A stretch of DNA of 60,297 nt, filler included, from a candidate division TA06 bacterium SM23_40 (lineage in GTDB: Bacteria; LJUI01; SM1-40), in the NCBI GenBank assembly GCA_001303705.1. It is 7 parts of 7 records of this genome, joined end to end, with 100 filler letters (N's around TTAATTAATTAA, not from the genome) between each part and the next. Parts side by side here need not be neighbours in the genome. Positions count along the whole stretch, not along the records: positions 27,294 to 47,890 come from LJUI01000028.1; 6 more parts are not named here. One strand, given 5' to 3'. Shown here piece after piece: positions 27,920 to 38,969 of the stretch (position 1 is the stretch's first letter; every line of letters begins with the position of its first letter). The notes under the pieces are model-generated. The model did no database searches, was not told the DNA's origin, and saw nothing but the letters and a program-made list of their open reading frames with translations. The position numbers and the translations under genes were made by a program.

Positions 27920-29775
27920 CTAAGGCTCCACGACTGTGAACTTAAACCCGTCCTGATCGAAGACGTTACCGGGCATCCCCACCTTCCAAGCCAGTTCCCA
28001 CGTGCCGAGAGGGCACATGTCGCGTACCTGATACTCTCGAACGTACTGCCAGCTGTAATGTCGATGTATGATCCCATAGCCGGGTCCCTCGAGCGGATTC
28101 CCGGGCCATGGCTCGCCATCAGGTAGAGTCAGTTTCACAATGCCTCTACACGGCTGCGGCTCATCGTTGCAGTTGACCAATGTGTAGAGAACATGCAGGC
28201 TATCACCCAGTAGGAGAGAGAGCGTCTCAGGTGTCACATACGTGACAAGACTCTTCGACTGATCGAAGAAGAAGGCACCCATATCGCTGCGTGTACCGCC
28301 AGGATCGAGCGAGTCCGGATGCCCAGAATCGATGCAGGGTGAGCCCCACAACAGACGATAGTCCCGCCACTCCGACTTCACGAACCTCGGATCAGCGTCG
28401 ATGTTGCCCTCGTCCCACTGCAACATGCCTCCCGGCCCGACATACACTGCTGCCGAGCCTCCCTCGACATCGGAGTAGCTAACAGTCAGCGAACATGACG
28501 CAGCCAAGTAGATTTCCGGTCCAGAATCCCCGCTGTCCCCCCAGAGGACCAAGTTGATGACGGTTGGCGAGGATTCATCTTCACAGAAGATCCCACCAGC
28601 ACACTCCCCGGCTGTATTCCCCGTGATAGTATTGGCTTCGGTCGCTGGAGATGATCGAAGGCAATAGACTCCTCCGCCGTTCTCTCCAGCCGTATTCCCA
28701 GCAACTGCGTTGAGCTCGATCGGCGTAGAGGATCCGAGGGCGCAGAAGATTCCCCCGCCGGCGACGTCCGCGGTATCCTCTATGATGGTGTCGTCTACGA
28801 CCGGCCCTGAACAGTCCAACCGGAACGTTATGCCCCCTCCCTTGTAGGTACTCGCATTTCCAGTGATCGTGTTTCCAGAGATCGGCGGGGAGGAGTGATA
28901 GCTGTAGATCCCGCCTCCATAAGTGTTGGCCGTGTTGTCTGTGATTGTGTTGTCTTTCAGAGGTGGGCACGAGGTGTTCCAGCATGCGACTCCTCCCCCG
29001 CGCTCGCCGGCAACGTTCTCAGTGATTGTGTTGCCCTGGATCTGCGGAGAGCCCCCGTTGTAGCAGTCGATTCCGCCGCCGTCCTCTTCAGCCGTGTTCC
29101 CGGTGATGGTGTTGTCAACGATTTGCCCATAACAAGTGTACCAGAACTGTGTACCCCCTCCCCTGGAGCTGGTTGTATTCTCGGTGATAGCGTTGTGCGA
29201 GATCGTCGGCTAGCAGTAGAAGTACCAATAGATGCCACCACCACCGCGAAAGTCGGCGTGATTCCCCGTGATCGTGTTGCCTCGGATGGTTGGCGAGGAA
29301 GCGTACCGGCCGGCGATGCCGCCGCCGACATTCGCCGTATTCCCTGTGATCACATTGCCCTCTATGATGGGAGAAGAACCGCTGCAGAATATCCCACCAC
29401 CGTATCTATCCCAATTCGTGAGGTACGAATACCCATTTCTGATCGTGAATCCATGCAGCACCCAGGTCGAGTGCTCGCCACTATGGAAATAGAACCCTCG
29501 GTGAGGATCTCCCGCACTCCCTTCACAATCGATAATGGTCACACCGGGCCCCTCTTCAGACATGACTGTTATGGCCCTTCCCCGAAATCGATGTCACGGT
29601 TCCCGTCACCCGTGTAGGTGCCATTGGCGACTAGCACCGTATCGCCCTCCAAGGCAGCGTTGATCCCGGCCTGAATCGTCGGCTAGTCGTCCGGCACGCG
29701 GAGAACCGTGGCCCAGGCGCTTCCGCACGCAACGACAGTCAAGGAGACACCCAGCACTACCATCACTACTCTCAC
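27920..29775 (-). pseudogene. Beta-helix array gene 10 (type-B C-terminal domain), multiply disrupted
   Basis: GTG 29775 signal peptide then VLRVPDD*PTIQAG (TAG 29683-29685); second TAG at 29210-29212; several frameshifts; C-terminal part intact in ORF 27920-28819. Confidence 0.8.
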
Positions 29776-29873
29776 GTTCGCTCCCCCCTTCGCTCTATTG
29801 CCCCGAATCCTGCTCTTTCCTCAGGGCCCGCCCGTGCTCGCAGGGATGACCGAGCAGCTGTGATCGCGATTGA

Positions 29874-32828
29874 TCACTTCTTCACTGGCAGCACCACCGT
29901 GAACTTGAAGCCGTCCTGGTCGAAGACGTTTCCGGGATGACCCACCATAGTCCTGAAGCCCCAGGTCCCGAGCAGACACTGGAGAGGCACCGTATACGAC
30001 CTCACGGCCTGAAAGTAGGAATCAGGCTTCATCTCGAGGTAGTGCGGCCCTTCGAGCGGGTTCCCGGGCCACGGCTGGCCGTTGGGCCGCCTGAGGAGAG
30101 CGATCCACCAGGTCGGCTGGGGCTCGTCATGGCAGTTCATGATCGTGTATACGACACTCCCGGTCTGTCCCGGAGCTACCGTCAGTGCCTGGACTGAGGC
30201 ATAGATGACGAGGGTTTTCGACTGATCGAGGGAGTGTGCTCCCATGTCGCACCTGGTGCCATCAGGATCGAGCGAATCAGGATGGCCTGCGTCGATGCAT
30301 GGGGATGGCCAGAGCAGCCGATAATCATCGAAGCTCGGCCAGACGAACCAGGGACTGGTGTCGATGTTCCCTTCGCCCCACGCGAGGAAGCAGCCAGGAT
30401 CGACATGGACTGCCGATGAGCCGCCCTCCACGTCAGTGAAGCTGATGCCGATCGCTCCGCTCTGGCGGAGGACGACTTCAGGGCCAATTCCTGCGTTGTC
30501 ACCCCAGAGGATGGAATTGGTGACATTCAAATAGGAGTCGTGGCAGGAGATGGCACCGCCTTCCGCAGCCGTATTCCCGGTGATGGTGTTCCTCACGAGG
30601 GTAGCTGGGCTTTCGCCCCAGCAGGAGATGCCCCCTCCGTAGGTGCCGGCATTCTCGCCGATCGTATTGCCCACTATCATCGGAGCGCAATACCCCAAGC
30701 ACGAAATGCCGCCGCCGTATGTGGCTTCATTCTCGGACACCGTATTGCTGATCACGATGCCATCGCTGTCTTCCCAGAAAGCGATACCCCCACCCCAGAC
30801 GGCATGGTTGTCGGTGATCATGTTCTCCACAATGATCGGGAAAGATTCCTCCTCAGCGGCTATCCCACCGCCGTCGATCTCCGCAGTGTTCTCCCGGATG
30901 ATATTCCCGGCAATCGTGGGTGAAGAACCGACGCAGTGAATCGCGCCGCCGCACGTCAGGGGCCATCCCCCCGTCACATACCCATTCTGAATCGTGAACC
31001 CGCGCACGACCGCGGTGGCCTCCTCCCCACTATAGAATCGAAACCCGCGATGGGGATCGAGCGAGCTCCCCTGACAGTCGATGATGGTCACCTCCGGGCC
31101 GTTCTCCGACATGACAACGATCGCCTTACCACCGAAGTCGATATCCCGGTTCCCGTAACCGGTGTACAGACCATCGGCGACTAGCACCGTATCTCCGGCC
31201 GCCGCCGAGTCGACCCCTGCCTGAATAGTAGGACACTCAGGGCTCGGCACGTGCCAGGTCCTCGGTACCATGGTGCCGATTGCCTCGAGGGCCTGAATCC
31301 GCCCCGCTCCATAGTCGTTGTCCTTCCCTGCCGGACCTCTGTCGAGCGCTGTCATCTCGATTATCGAATCGATCTCTGGAGGCGTGAGAGCCGAGTTGCA
31401 GGAGAGCAACAAGGCGATTAGCCCGGAATTGTGCGGAGCTGCCATGGATGTGCCGCTCCAGGTTTCGCCGCTGTATCCTCCTCCCATGATCGTGGAGTTG
31501 ATATTCACTCCCGGTGCGCAGATATCGGGATCGATCAGACCCATGCCCGGAGCGTATGGATAGTCATACCAGGGTGGAACCGACTGCCAACTGACCGGTC
31601 CGTTGGAGCTGAAGTACGCGTAGTCGTCATTGTAGTAACCGGTCGCTCCCACCGTCATCATCGAGTTGAGGCCGCCCTCGAGCGTCTGGCCGGGATGGAG
31701 CCAGGGAGGTGGCACGTCGCCGGGCGTCGTAATCACGTCCGGAGGCCAATAGGAGGGGCGCCCGCCGCCGCCAGAGAACGACAGTATGACATCTGCAGCC
31801 AGGGCATAGCTGCAGACATCCCGCCATGCCGCCCGGTCAGGAAGATGAATGAGGTGGTACCAACCGATCGACCCATGCAGGATATCCGCCCCCATGTCGA
31901 CCGCGTACTCGATCGCCTCCCAGACATTTGCCTCTTCGCCCCATCCCACCTCATCCAACACGCGAATCGCCATCAGGTGAGCCTCTGGTGCAACTCCCGT
32001 CAGCACGCCGCCTGTCCCATCCCCTGCTACTGTGCCGGAGACATGTGTGCCATGCCCGTTCTCATCGATCGGATCGGATGTGTGCGCATCGAAATTGAAC
32101 CCGTAGTAGTCGTCGATGTACCCATTCTCATCGTCGTCAATTCCGTTGTTCGGTATCTCCCCGAGATTCGTCCACATGTTGCCGGAAAGATCACTGTGGT
32201 AGTACCAGATTCCGGTGTCGATGATCGCAACGAGAACGCCCTGACCTCTGTACCCGAGTTCCCACACATCGTCAGCTCCGATCCACTGCACACCCCACGC
32301 CGTGTCCGACTGATGGGAGCGCGGAGCAAACGGCTCGATAGAATCAACTGATTCAGGTCTCTCCTGGAGGCCGGTCAAAGCGTACCCACGCGTGTTGTAC
32401 ATGATCGTCTCCACCTCAGGCAGCGCGGCAATCTCCCTCACCAGTGAGGACTGAGCGAGTAGACGGACCACATTGACTGCATGCAGATATCGGATGTCTC
32501 GAGCGCGTCCCAACGCGGCAGCCTCCTGCACGAGCGTGCGCAGCCGCGACTGGCTTTCTCTCGCGAAGGCCGTCGCCTCCTCCCGAATCACACGCCTTCC
32601 CTCTGTCTTGGGGAGACCAGTCGCTAGAGCGTGCAGGCCTTCGTAGTCGATTCTCTCCCTCATGATCACGCTGATCGAGATATGCCCATCATCGGCTGCC
32701 GCCTTCACCGTTTCCTGCAATGCGGGATCTGTTCTGCCCGCATATACCACGCCCCATAAGCCCGCGACCATCACCAGCGCGAGACACAGCACCGCGCACC
32801 ACATCCATCCGTCTTCTCTTCTGCACAT
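29874..32828 (-). CDS. Beta-helix array gene 9: S8 subtilase fused to beta-helix and type-B C-terminal domain
   Basis: Signal peptide; catalytic triad IIDTG, HGTHVSG, SGTSMA; then WHVPSPECPTIQAG and GGGI repeats; GGAGG RBS before ATG 32828. Confidence 0.88.
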   Translation of the reverse strand: MCRREDGWMWCAVLCLALVMVAGLWGVVYAGRTDPALQETVKAAADDGHISISVIMRERIDYEGLHALATGLPKTEGRRVIREEATAFARESQSRLRTLVQEAAALGRARDIRYLHAVNVVRLLAQSSLVREIAALPEVETIMYNTRGYALTGLQERPESVDSIEPFAPRSHQSDTAWGVQWIGADDVWELGYRGQGVLVAIIDTGIWYYHSDLSGNMWTNLGEIPNNGIDDDENGYIDDYYGFNFDAHTSDPIDENGHGTHVSGTVAGDGTGGVLTGVAPEAHLMAIRVLDEVGWGEEANVWEAIEYAVDMGADILHGSIGWYHLIHLPDRAAWRDVCSYALAADVILSFSGGGGRPSYWPPDVITTPGDVPPPWLHPGQTLEGGLNSMMTVGATGYYNDDYAYFSSNGPVSWQSVPPWYDYPYAPGMGLIDPDICAPGVNINSTIMGGGYSGETWSGTSMAAPHNSGLIALLLSCNSALTPPEIDSIIEMTALDRGPAGKDNDYGAGRIQALEAIGTMVPRTWHVPSPECPTIQAGVDSAAAGDTVLVADGLYTGYGNRDIDFGGKAIVVMSENGPEVTIIDCQGSSLDPHRGFRFYSGEEATAVVRGFTIQNGYVTGGWPLTCGGAIHCVGSSPTIAGNIIRENTAEIDGGGIAAEEESFPIIVENMITDNHAVWGGGIAFWEDSDGIVISNTVSENEATYGGGISCLGYCAPMIVGNTIGENAGTYGGGISCWGESPATLVRNTITGNTAAEGGAISCHDSYLNVTNSILWGDNAGIGPEVVLRQSGAIGISFTDVEGGSSAVHVDPGCFLAWGEGNIDTSPWFVWPSFDDYRLLWPSPCIDAGHPDSLDPDGTRCDMGAHSLDQSKTLVIYASVQALTVAPGQTGSVVYTIMNCHDEPQPTWWIALLRRPNGQPWPGNPLEGPHYLEMKPDSYFQAVRSYTVPLQCLLGTWGFRTMVGHPGNVFDQDGFKFTVVLPVKK

Positions 32829-32886
32829 CGCTTCCTCCCTCGTCCGTTCCCTCCAGATCCCCAATGCGGTTCTTCCTCGTCCTCGT

Positions 32887-34444
32887 CTACTCCACCGGCG
32901 GGGGCACGATCGCGAAACCGAAACTGTCCTCGTCGTAGACCATCGAGGGTGGCATCCCGATCCGGGACCCATACCCATACGCGCCGAGAGGCGCAGCCCC
33001 AGGCACCATGTGATGCAGGTGACGCTGCACCGTAGTATTCGCCGGCAGGGTGTATTGGTCGGGCCCGATGATAGTGAACGGGCTGCCATTCGGCAGGGTC
33101 GCCTCTGTCTGAACCCAGAACGGCTCCGCCTGTGGCCACCGGTTGATTGCCGTGTAGGTCACGCCTAGCATTGCTCCCGGGGACACTTCAGTCGTATCGG
33201 GTGTCAAGTACAGCGTCATGTAATCCTCCTGGTCGAAGAACTCCGCCCCCATGTCCCTCCGCGTCCCATCCGCGTCCAACGAGTCTGGATGCCCGGCGTC
33301 GATGCATGGCGACCCCCACAGCAATCGGTAGTCTCCCTTCTCGGCCAGCACAAACATCGGATCTGCGTCAATATTGCCCTCACCCGACCAGCCTCCTTCG
33401 ACGTCGCAATAGGCAACGACTAGTAATGTATCTCCATCGACTTCGATCTGGGATGGCGAGTCGCCCCAGAGGATGGAGTTAATGATAGACAGGGAACACG
33501 AGTAGCAATGAATCGCGCCGCCCTCCCCGAGGGTGACGGCGTTTCTGGTCATGGTATTTCCGTTGATCGTAAGAGAAGACGCATGACATAATATCCCGCC
33601 CCCGATCCGAGCCTCATTCCCGCTGATCGTGTTGCCACCGATCAGAGAAGAAGATCCCCACGGAAAGTACATTCCACCGCCCGCGAGCTCCCCTACATTC
33701 CCGCTGATCGTGTTTCCCACGATCACTGGACCGGACTCGTAGCAGTAGATTCCACCGCCATAATAGGCCTCATTTCCACTGATCCTGTTCCATGCGAGTG
33801 TTGGAAAGGACGCGTACAGGCAACATATTCCGCCGCCGCCACCGCGAGCCGAACCACTAGCACTAGCCGTATTCCCAGCAATCGTATTCCCCACGATCAT
33901 AGGAGAGGCATAGTCGCAGTAGACTCCGCCGCCCGCTCCCCGTAATCATGTTGCCTTCGATCCTGGGAGAAGACGAGTAGCAGTGGATTCCGCCGCCCCA
34001 CCCACTCAAGCCACCCGACGCCGTATTCCTGGTGATCCAGTTGCCTGCGATCGTGGGAGAGGCGTAGTCGCATCGCATTCCGCCGCCGCGGTAGGCAAAT
34101 CCGTTCTGAACCGTAAATCCCCGGAGCACCGAACTCAAGTCCTCCCCGCTATGGAAGAAGAATCCTCGGTGCGGATCCAGTGAATCTCCCTCACAATCGA
34201 CAACTGTCACCTCAGGCCCATTCTCGGAGATCACAACAATCGCCTTGCCCAGAAAGTCGATGTCCCGGTTCCCGTCACCCGTATACGTCCCATCAGCCAC
34301 CAGCACCGTGTCACCCTCAACTGCGGCATCGATCCCTGCCTGGATAGTCGGATACTCGCCCGGCACGTGGAGAACCGTTGCCGAGACTCCCGCACATAGC
34401 AAGAGAGTCAGGGCAGCACCCAGCAAAGTCGTGAACCGTGTCAT
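32887..34444 (-). pseudogene. Beta-helix array gene 8 (type-A C-terminal domain), single frameshift ~33935
   Basis: N-half in ORF 33863-34489 (MTRFTTLLG...VLHVPGEYPTIQAG), C-half in ORF 32887-33900; the break falls within a GGG repeat. Confidence 0.8.
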
Positions 34445-34513
34445 GATATTTCTCTCCGTTGGACCCCAGCGGTGATCACCATGCCCCAATGTGATTCCAG
34501 CCAGTTGTCTCGA

Positions 34514-36073
34514 CTACGGTTCAACCAGCGTGAACGTGAAGCTGTCCTCATCATAGAGTGTCGAGGGCGGTACGCCGATGCGAACCCGGTACCCATACAG
34601 ACCGAGCGGCACTCCGAATGGCAGGTTCCGAGCCGTGTGACGCTGCACGGTGAAATCGGGTGGCAGAGAATACGGTCCCTGCGTGCTAGTCGAGGTGTTA
34701 CCGTTGGGTAGCGTGACTCGCGTACGCATCCACAAGGTCTCTGGCTGTGCCCAGCGATTGATGAGGGTGAAGGTCAATCCGAACTGGCCACCTGGGACGA
34801 TCTCGGTCGCGTCCGGCGTCAGGTACAGCGTCATGTAGTCGTCCTGATCGAAGAAGTGCGCCCCCATGTCGCTGCGTGTACCGTCTGGGTCCAGGGAATC
34901 CGGGTGCCCAGCGTCAATGCACGGGGATTCCCAAAGGAGGCGGTAGTCTTGTTTGTCGGCCAGTACAAACATCGGATCTGCGTCGATATTGCCCACGCCC
35001 TCCCAACCGCCTTCTATGTCCGAGTAGGTGATGGCGATCGAGCTTGTACCCGCCAAACATATCTCGTGGTCGATCCCGGCACTGTCTCCCCACAGAACGC
35101 AATTGAGGGCCGTAGCCGAGGATTCGCCGAGGTAGATTCCACCACCCCAGCCTTTGGCCGTGTTTCCCGTGACTGTGTTTCGCCTCATCAACGAAGCGGA
35201 ATAGTGACAGTATATTCCCCCTCCGTCCTCGCCCGCGGCATTGTCGCTGATGATGTTGCCCACGACGCTCGGACAAGCTTCGCTCGAACAGATTCCCGCC
35301 CCCCAGACGGCCGTATTTCCGGCGATCGCGTTGGCTTCGATAGTGACAGTAGTGGGAGAATCCGAGCACCATATCCCACCACCAGAAACTATGGCTGTGT
35401 TCGCTTCGATTGTGTTGCCCTTGATGGTCGGGGAACACCATTGGCTATGAATCCCACCGCCCCAGCCGGCCGTATTCCCCGTGACCGCGTTGCCCTCAAT
35501 GATCCCTGAACAGTCATAACAGAAGATCCCGCCGCCATTCCACCCGACCATATTCCCGGAGATCGTGTTCCCCTTGATGGTCGCAGAAGAGGCATAACAG
35601 TAAATCCCCCCGCCATTCGACTCGGCCGCATTCGCCGTGATCCTGTTCCCCTTGATCGTGGGAGAAGAGGAATAGCAGAGTATGCCCCCACCATTGTCCT
35701 GCGGGAAGAGTCCATCGGCACCACAGCCGTTGCGAATCGAGAAGCCCTTCACTGCCGATGTGGAGTCCTCTCCAGAGTGGAAATAGAACCCCCGATGGGG
35801 ATCGAGTGAGTCGGCCTCACAGTCAATAATCGTCACTTCCGGCCCGTTCTCCGACATCACGACCATGTTCACCCCACCGAAATCCAGATCGCGGTTCCCC
35901 TCGCCGGTGTAGATCCCATCAGCAACCAGCACCGTGTCACCCCCAACTGCGGCGTCGATCCCTGCCTGGATCGTGGGATACTCCCCCGGTACATGCAGAA
36001 CCGTCGCCGTGGCACTCGTGCCTGCTGCTGCGACGAGTGCTCCACACATCAGAATCGCCAATCGCTTTGTCAC
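34514..36073 (-). CDS. Beta-helix array gene 7, intact (type-A C-terminal domain)
   Basis: Signal peptide, VLHVPGEYPTIQAG, GGGIxC/GNTIxGNxA repeats (Pmp-like), DYRLLWESPCIDAG. Confidence 0.88.
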   Translation of the reverse strand: MTKRLAILMCGALVAAAGTSATATVLHVPGEYPTIQAGIDAAVGGDTVLVADGIYTGEGNRDLDFGGVNMVVMSENGPEVTIIDCEADSLDPHRGFYFHSGEDSTSAVKGFSIRNGCGADGLFPQDNGGGILCYSSSPTIKGNRITANAAESNGGGIYCYASSATIKGNTISGNMVGWNGGGIFCYDCSGIIEGNAVTGNTAGWGGGIHSQWCSPTIKGNTIEANTAIVSGGGIWCSDSPTTVTIEANAIAGNTAVWGAGICSSEACPSVVGNIISDNAAGEDGGGIYCHYSASLMRRNTVTGNTAKGWGGGIYLGESSATALNCVLWGDSAGIDHEICLAGTSSIAITYSDIEGGWEGVGNIDADPMFVLADKQDYRLLWESPCIDAGHPDSLDPDGTRSDMGAHFFDQDDYMTLYLTPDATEIVPGGQFGLTFTLINRWAQPETLWMRTRVTLPNGNTSTSTQGPYSLPPDFTVQRHTARNLPFGVPLGLYGYRVRIGVPPSTLYDEDSFTFTLVEP

Positions 36074-36132
36074 TTGCTCTCCCCCTCTCTATGCTCCCTT
36101 TGTATCCTCCCGCGCTCGTCTCATGATGCATC

Positions 36133-36927
36133 CTATGCATCGAGCAGATCGGCGCGCAGAACCGTGACGGCTCTTCCTCCCAGATGGACACGGTCGCCCG
36201 CAACGCGGACCCGCACGATCCCGCCGCGTGCGGATGCCTGGTACCCGACCAACTCATTCTTCCCCAACCGCTCGGCCCAGAATGGGCCAAGACAACAGTG
36301 GGCCGATCCCGTCACCGGATCCTCGTCGATTCCGGCCCGCGGGGCGAAGAACCGCGACACGAAGTCGTACGCGGCGGAGCTGGCCTCGCTGGTGACCATG
36401 ACACCCCGTATCTCCAGCGTCTTCAGTTTGCCGAAATCCGGTGCCAGGCTCCGGACTGCTTCTTCAGATTCTACCTCAACAAGATAGTCGTAAGTGCTTT
36501 TGCCAAAGGACTTCGGTGTGATGCCAAACGCCTCCGGGAGTCCAGGCGGAATGTCCGTCGGGCTCGGCGGAGTTGCGGGAAAGCTGAGCTCGATCTCGTC
36601 TCCCCTCCGCTCCGCAGTGAGTAACCCGCTCTGCGTATGGAATCGAGCTCGCTCCCTTGGTCCGAGCAGGCCGATCTCCCACAGAATGTGAGCGCTCGCC
36701 AGGGTCGCGTGCCCGCAGAGCTCGACTTCCACAGCAGGAGTGAACCAGCGCAAGTCAAACCCGTCCTCCTGCCTGACCAGAAAGGCCGTCTCGGATAGGT
36801 TCATCTCCCGCGCAACATTCCGCATCCACGTCTCGTCCCGGGCCTCGGGCAGTATGCAGACCGCAGCCGGGTTGCCCTTGAACGGTTTGTCTGTGAAGGC
36901 GTCGACCTGGTAGATCCTGAGCCCCAT
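36133..36927 (-). CDS. PhzF-family isomerase/epimerase
   Basis: QVDAFTDKPFKGNPAAV, NLSETAF, ELCGHATLA, EDPVTGSAH. Confidence 0.92.
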   Translation of the reverse strand: MGLRIYQVDAFTDKPFKGNPAAVCILPEARDETWMRNVAREMNLSETAFLVRQEDGFDLRWFTPAVEVELCGHATLASAHILWEIGLLGPRERARFHTQSGLLTAERRGDEIELSFPATPPSPTDIPPGLPEAFGITPKSFGKSTYDYLVEVESEEAVRSLAPDFGKLKTLEIRGVMVTSEASSAAYDFVSRFFAPRAGIDEDPVTGSAHCCLGPFWAERLGKNELVGYQASARGGIVRVRVAGDRVHLGGRAVTVLRADLLDA

Positions 36928-37140
36928 ATCGTTTCTCCCTGACAGGCGTGTTATGGACGCCGACCTTACAGCCGAAGGCGTCACTGTTAGGAGCCAGGTT
37001 GCGGCTGTGGTGGTATCTCCAGGTAGTGCTCCCGCTCCAGCGGGTCGAGGCCGGACGATGGCCCACCTCCGGGGGATTCTCACTATCGCCACGCACTGAC
37101 GACGAGCCGTACCCCGACCAGGGAGCCGCTGCTCGCGTAT

Positions 37141-38900
37141 CTACGGCTCCGCCACCGTAAACAAGATGCGCTCACTGTCGAAGAGGTTGCCGGGCATCCC
37201 GACCTTCCAGGTTAACCCGGTGGTGCCGAGCGGCCACGGCCCGGGCAGCGTGTACTCCCGAACGTACTGCCAGTTGAACCCGGGCGGCATAACACCGTAC
37301 CCAGGCCCCTCGAGCGGATTCCCGGGCCACGGCTCTCCGTCGGGCAGGGTCAACTCAACGATGCCTCGAGCAGGCTGCGGGTCGCCATGGCAGTTGACCA
37401 ACGTGCACAGCATCTGCACGGTCTGTCCTGGATGCAGAGTATGAACCTCGGGGGATGCATACGCCACGAGCGTCTTCGCCTGGTCGAAAAAGTACGCACC
37501 CATGTCCCTCCGCGTGCCATCCGGGTCAAGAGAATCGAGGTGGCCGGCATCGACGCAGGGTGATCCCCAGAGCAGGCGACAGTCGTTCCGACCCCCCGTG
37601 ACAAACATCGGGTCCGCGTCGATATTACCTTCCCCCCAGTTCAAGGTGCACCCAGGGGCTACGTACACTCCCAATGACCCACCTGAGACATCGGAATAGT
37701 CGACCCTGATCGCACTCACAGACCAATAGTAATGCTCCAGATAGATTTCCGGGCCCACGTCGGCGCTGTCTGCCCAGAGGATCGAATTGAGTACGGCCGG
37801 GGATGAGCAATACGTGGCATATATCGCACCACCTTCATCGGCCACGTTGCGGGTAATGGTGTTGCCCGTTATTACTGGACACGAGTGGTAACGGCACTTG
37901 ATCCCGCCACCTTTCCAGGAGCTCGTATTCCCCACAATCGTATTGCCAACGATGGTCGGAGAAGAGCGCACAAAGCAATAGATCCCACCGGCATCCTGGG
38001 CCGTATTCTCCCCGATCGTGTTGCCCCTGATGATAGGAGAGCACTCCTCACAATTGATCCCGCCGCCAAAGCTGGCTGAATTTCTCATGATCATGTTGCT
38101 GACAATTGCCGCCGGAGAGTGATCAAAGCACTTGATCCCAGCCCCTCTGTGCGCCCAGTTCTCCGCTATCACATTGCTTTCGATAGTCGGAGTTGAATAG
38201 CTCGAGGCGTGGATCCCCCCACCGTCGTGACTAGCTCCATTCCCCACAATCGTGTTGCCGACGATTGTCGGAGAACCGTGATCATAGCAGGTCCCCAGTC
38301 GGCCACATTCCCTCTGATGGTATTCCCAGCGATAGTGGCAGAGGAATAGGTGCAATAAACCCCTCCTCCGCCGCATTCGGCCGTATTCCCTGTGATCGTG
38401 TTGTCGGTGAGGATGGCAGAGCCGTGCTCGCACGAGACCCCGCCACCCCATCAGGCCGAGCCATTCTCCGTAATGGTGTTGCCCACGATGGTGGGAGACG
38501 AGTTGTCGCAGCGGATGCCACCGCCGACAAACTTCGGCCACGGCCCGGCCGCGTACCCGTTCCGAATCGTGAACCCCTGTACGACCGCGGTCGAATCCTC
38601 CCCACTGTGGAAGTAAAATCCACGATGCGAATCGAGCGAATCTCCCTCACAGTCGATGCTGGTTACCTCGGGACCGTTCTCCGACATCACAACCATGTTA
38701 ACGCCGCCGAAGTCCAGGTCCCGGTTCCCGCCACCCGTGTAGGTCCCGTCGGCAACCAGGACTGTGTCACCCTCAGCTGCGGCATCGATCCCCGCCTGGA
38801 TGGTCGGATACTCGCCGGGGACGTGCAGAACCGTTCCCGAGACCACCACGCACAGCCAGAGGATGAGGCTCGCGCCGAGCAAACCTATCAACCGGTTCAT
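37141..38900 (-). pseudogene. Beta-helix array gene 6 (type-B C-terminal domain), nonsense codon plus frameshift
   Basis: In-frame TGA at 38451-38453 (NGSA*WGGGVSC); frameshift ~38292 where a GGGI motif is lost; remainder in ORF 37141-38541. Confidence 0.8.
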
Positions 38901-38936
38901 GGTATTCCTTTCATTCGAAAGACAGCCGCCATCACT

Positions 38937-38951
38937 ATGCTATCATAGCAT
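38937..38951. promoter_or_regulatory. Intergenic palindrome ATGCTAT-C-ATAGCAT
   Basis: Perfect 7-1-7 inverted repeat; the homologous copy at 40467-40481 shows a compensatory change. Confidence 0.5.
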
Positions 38952-38969
38952 TTCGCCGGTAGCGCCCTG

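Noticed and set aside
29210-38453. Stop-codon recoding (Sec/Pyl or alternative code) at in-frame TAG/TGA in array genes
   Set aside because: The same genes also carry frameshifts, and TAG and TGA terminate many normal genes in this window.
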